Of a DNA stretch of 64,000 nt, positions 58,765 to 64,000 are shown in pieces. This DNA is from Eledone cirrhosa (lineage: Eukaryota). Positions within the stretch are counted from its first letter, which is position 1. Each line of letters begins with the position of its first letter. The translations under genes and the position numbers were made by a program. Under the pieces are notes generated by a model, which was not told the DNA's origin, made no database searches, and saw nothing but the letters and a program-made list of their open reading frames with translations. Location: positions 256,742,001 to 256,806,000 of the forward strand of contig OZ024740.1 of the NCBI GenBank assembly GCA_964016885.1, written 5' to 3'.

Positions 58765-59176
58765 AAAAACAGGAGGCCACACTCGTGATGATACTTTCAA
58801 GTTGTATTGTTGAAAAAAGACTATATATATTTTAATGGCCTGGTTACGTAAGATACTGGTGATATCATCAGGTTCCGATTGCGTAATTAGTTAATCAATA
58901 ACGGAATTACGGAATAAATAGAAACAGGAAAAAATATTTGATTTGGGGATGGCTTGCGATCTAATTATTATCATTGTCGCAGCCGATCCCGAATTTACTA
59001 TGTTTTTCTGTTTCTGTTTGTGTTTGCCGTAATTCCTATATTGATAAACTAATTATGCAATCCGAACCTGATGATGTAGCCAGGATCTTAGGTATCCAGG
59101 CCATTGAAATATATATAATGCTTTTGCAGCAATAAATCTTTAAAGGAACATCGCCAATCCGGCCTCCTGTTGTTTT
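58765..59176. repeat. About 410-bp diverged palindrome (old fold-back element) with CTGATGA...GAAA-like motifs in both arms
   Basis: Paired blocks include ACAGGAGGCC/GGCCTCCTGT, AATGGCCTGG/CCAGGCCATT, TCATCAGGTTC/GAACCTGATGA and GGAATTACGG/CCGTAATTCC. A single-arm relative lies at 47075-47208. Confidence 0.8.
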
Positions 59177-59327
59177 ACTCAATCTAGTATTTAATTCCGT
59201 TCCTGCACCAGTCACGGATTCAACATTAACGTTGGATGAGTCGCGTAAGGTAGAGTGCTTTTCTTACTAAACGGAATGACCAGTGCTATCCAGTGGTGAA
59301 CCACTAAACATAAATGAATATATATAC

Positions 59328-59455
<128 letters not shown>

Positions 59456-60453
59456 TGTGTGTATGTATACATACATAATAGTGTGTCTGTGTGTGCATAT
59501 ATATAAATTATTCTCTCTCCCAAATTCCATGCCAATGACCTATTGCTCCATATTTAGAACAAGATAAAAAAAACCCTGATAGATTACTACTTCACATTAA
59601 TTCTATCTCTCTCTTCTTCACCTTGTTTCACCCCTCACCTTCATCATCAACACAACCACCCACCTGCCACCCCGATGAGGCTCCTAACCATCCACCCATC
59701 ATCGATAGCTTAAGTATCACTTTCTAAAGAAACAAAAGACAATATTTCTAATAAAATATCTCCTTTAGATAATTTCCATCAAAATGTCTTCTTTTCCACC
59801 ATCTTCCCTTCTCTATATTTATTTATTTACATATTGATTTATTTTTGGTTTTTGGTTTATTACTTCTTACATTTCTTTGAATATCTTTGTTGTTGTTGTT
59901 CTTCGTTAAATTCTTCAGATTCTTGTTACATAGCTCTTATTTTTCTTACCCACCACCAACACGACCACCACAATCATCATCATCACCACCACCATCATCA
60001 AAATTGTAATCATTATCGACGTTATCATCATTCTTATCCTCATATTATAACTACAATTGTTGTTGGTGGTGGTGCCGATGTCGTTGTGCTAATATTCTTT
60101 TTCTCGGTTCAAAGATCTCATAATAGACTTAGGCAAAATATTCTTTAGGAATTTACACCAAGTAATTTTTAGTCCCAGTGTCATTGCCACTTTTATTGAG
60201 CAATGTTTTAATCTAAATCTCTTAAGTCTTCGGGATGTTTTAGCTGTTCCAAAACCAATTTAAGGTGGTAAAGTAGCAGTACCGTTAGAACGTCGGATAA
60301 AACAATATGCAATATTCATTCCGGATTTCTGCACTCTGAGTTCAAATCTCACCGTTGTCAACTATGCCTTTCACCACATACCTACAAACATTACAAAAAT
60401 TACACAATTATATATTACACACTGTAACCTACAGACGTTCACACACGTAGAGA

Positions 60454-60542
<89 letters not shown>

Positions 60543-61273
60543 CTGTGTGTGTGTGTGTGTATATATAGATGTGTATGTATATATATGTATGTATGTATAT
60601 ATATGTATATATATATATATGTATGTATATATGTATGTATATATATATATATTCAAGTAACAAATAAAAAACAAAAGCAATAACGAAGAGTGCAGTACGA
60701 ACAGTGTTGGTATTAGGTTGTCGCTTGCTCCAGCCATCCGGCTGAGGCCGTATCTGAAAACGTGTGTTGAAACAGATATTGTTATACTTTGGCGGAGAAG
60801 CGGTTTATGCTGCCGATAGAGACACACGCACTTGTTGGTTTACACTTCAATTTATTATAAATTCCAAGTTGATTAGTTTAATAACCTGATGGTTGTTTAT
60901 TTAGTTATTCTCATAGCTCTTTCGTCAAACATTCTGTGACCTCCGCAGTGACTAATTTGTTATTTTGTGTCCCTCCTTTGTGCTGTCGTGCACCAGGTAT
61001 TTTTGTGAGCAGTGTGCAATACAGAAATTTCTGCTTCAGCTGTTAAATCCTACGGGTGAAAGAGGTATATTTTGATGCAGGTGACAGGAGGACCCCTTGG
61101 TTCAATCAAGGGGTCAAACATGCAATACGAGCTTCTTATAGGATCCGTTGGAAGGAGTATTTGAGGATTTGTCCCTACGACCATCACAGGAATAAGTGCG
61201 CGAAAATGAATATATATTTGTATATATCTATATATCTATATCTATCTATATATATCTATATATTATATATATA

Positions 61274-61336
<63 letters not shown>

Positions 61337-61419
61337 GTATGCATAAATATATGTTTGCATATATATGTATGTATAAATATACATGTGCATATACATGTAT
61401 GTATAAATAAAAGTATGTA

Positions 61420-61463
<44 letters not shown>

Positions 61464-62215
61464 TGTGTGTGTGTGTAGTATATATATATATATATTTATA
61501 TATATGTATATGTATGTATTTATATGTGTATATGTATGTATATATATGCCATGTATATATATGTCATGTATATATATATGCATGTATATATGTATATATG
61601 TGCGTATGTATATATATATGTATATATATACATATGAATATACATACACTATTATGTAGTATATGCCTAAATGTACACACACACACACTCATTTGTACAT
61701 AACACTTCAGCATTTACAAACATATGCATAATGTATTATAAAACTTAACACTCACACACATACACAAGCGCGCACACAAACGCACACAAACACAAACACA
61801 AACACACACAAACAGACATATTCTTACACATCACAACTCTGAAGCCGGAAGCATTTTCTTGTGAATAATAACATTTTGAAAATAATGACGTAAAGAAAAA
61901 GAAGACAGTACTAGCAATAAAAGAGCGGAAAATATGTGAAGGGACATGGGGGAAGTTATAATAACTAACTAATGAGTGAAGAATATATGGACCCTGACTA
62001 CCATCTACTAACACTCCCATACCACAGCATACATATCTACCTCACTTTCTCCTCCTAAAAATAATGACACAGAAATTATTACTGCCTCAAAGATAGACAC
62101 CTGTTTGTTACAAATGTGTGTGTGTGTTTATAATAATCAATATATTGATTATATAAACATACTCACACTACACACATTTGTAACAAACACACAGAACCAT
62201 CTGTACGTGTGTTTG

Positions 62216-62278
<63 letters not shown>

Positions 62279-62507
62279 ATACATTCTTTTTCGCGCACTT
62301 ATTCCTGTGAGAAAAACCACAGACCCTCCATCTCAACTCTACTTTTGAAAAGCAGAAGAACTGCGAAACCGGTAAAGGAACCAAATAAATATATATATAT
62401 TTTTTAAAATAAGGCTTCAGTTGCATTTTCGATTTCATCTAATTTTCTTTATATATGTATATATATATAAATATAAACATATATATGTATATATATAATG
62501 TTTGCAA

Positions 62508-62539
<32 letters not shown>

Positions 62540-63804
62540 GTGTGTGTGTGTGTGTCTTTTTTGTATATATCCTGGAGAAAGGTGAAGCACACAAAACATA
62601 AAGAGATATGAACATGTATGAAACCGTTAAGATATATTTATTCAAGAAATATTAATGCCAAGTACAATAATAAGTTGAACATAAATAGCTACAGCAATAA
62701 CGACAACTACGAATTAATAACATTAGGATCAACAATAGCGTGAATACAAAAAATTACTTTGAAACGTCTTCGATGTAATTACGTGTATTGGCTGAACATT
62801 TAATGCAATTACTGTACCTGTAATTCAAGGTTTGCACTTTGAATTACTGGTACATTCCATCTTGTATGCTAGTAAAAGTTGCAGAGTATTCCACTGATAC
62901 ACATTTCCTAATTGTAATTCTCATTGAGATTCATCATAACACTGTGTATGACGAGGCTTCTCCTTTGAATCACCAGTACAGTCCATTATGTATAACAGTA
63001 ATGCATTGGGTAATTGCTGGCCTTGTGCCTAAAGTAGAAACAATTATGTATAATAGTGAATGTGGCTGAATATTCCACAAATTCCACTCCTCTTAACGTA
63101 ACTTTCGGGTTGGAGTGGGTGGATTCAGCGTGATACGGTGTGGCAAGCTTTCACTTTGAATTACAGGTATAGTTCGTCTTGTATGATAGTGAAAATGAGT
63201 TTTACACAGATTCGTCTTTATGAAAGGTTATTCTCAGGGAGATTCAATGTGACACTGTGTGACTAGGCTGGCCCTTTGAATTATATGTCCAGTCATTGAA
63301 AGATGCTTTCAAACAGTTTCGGTCTAAGGAGGACGAAAAACAAATAAAAGACGGTGAGGTCACGACATGAATATTTTTTATCATAGATAAGAAGAGTATT
63401 ACTGCTACAACAACAGCAACTACTACTACTACTACTACTACTACTACCACTACTACTACTACTACTACTGCTGATGCTGCCACTACTGTCAACAACAACA
63501 ACACTATCACTACCACCCCACCACTGTATTGTAACGACATCAAGACGTGACCTGAATTGGGCAGTGGTTACTATATCGTATTAATTTGAAAGTGTGTATA
63601 ATTTCATTTCACAGTTCGAGTTTCATGTCTGTTTCTGTTTGCTTTGAGCAAATTGGAAAACTGCCTTCTGACCTTCTATCGTACGAGACACACAAGGAGC
63701 AGGGAAGTGGATTGTCAGCGTAGGAGGTAGTGTTACACACAGATACGTATATAGTAGAAATAATCAAGTGTATATATGTATGTATGTATGTATATTTGTA
63801 TATG

Positions 63805-63835
<31 letters not shown>

Positions 63836-63870
63836 ATATATGTACATATGTATGTATATATATGTGTGTA

Positions 63871-63920
<50 letters not shown>

Positions 63921-63925
63921 CACAC

Positions 63926-63956
<31 letters not shown>

Positions 63957-64000
63957 CTTATGTATGTATATATGTATATATATATGTATATGTGTGTGTA

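Overview
A very AT-rich, microsatellite-saturated eukaryotic (animal) window. The SINE and LINE repertoire looks cephalopod/octopus-like, which is my inference. Almost all ORFs in the supplied track are translations of (TA)n, (CA)n or satellite DNA and are not genes. The only host coding sequence I can support is one 146-bp exon (28927-29072, +) encoding the N-terminal zinc finger of a GATA1/2/3-type transcription factor. I found no neighbouring exons, so the window is probably mostly two long introns. These introns contain a 20-bp satellite, tRNA-derived SINEs, decayed RTE, CR1-like, L1/Tx1-like and R4/Dong-like LINE fragments, and Penelope-like element (PLE) remnants with GIY-YIG endonuclease ORFs. 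The most striking unannotated signal is about ten type-I hammerhead ribozyme motifs or relics from several unrelated sequence families. Many are arranged as back-to-back inverted (fold-back) pairs embedded in (TA)n tracts, alongside several long palindromes (52, 106, 366, ~410 and 435 bp, plus ~1.8 kb with a spacer). All pairings were read by eye and no folding or database search was run.
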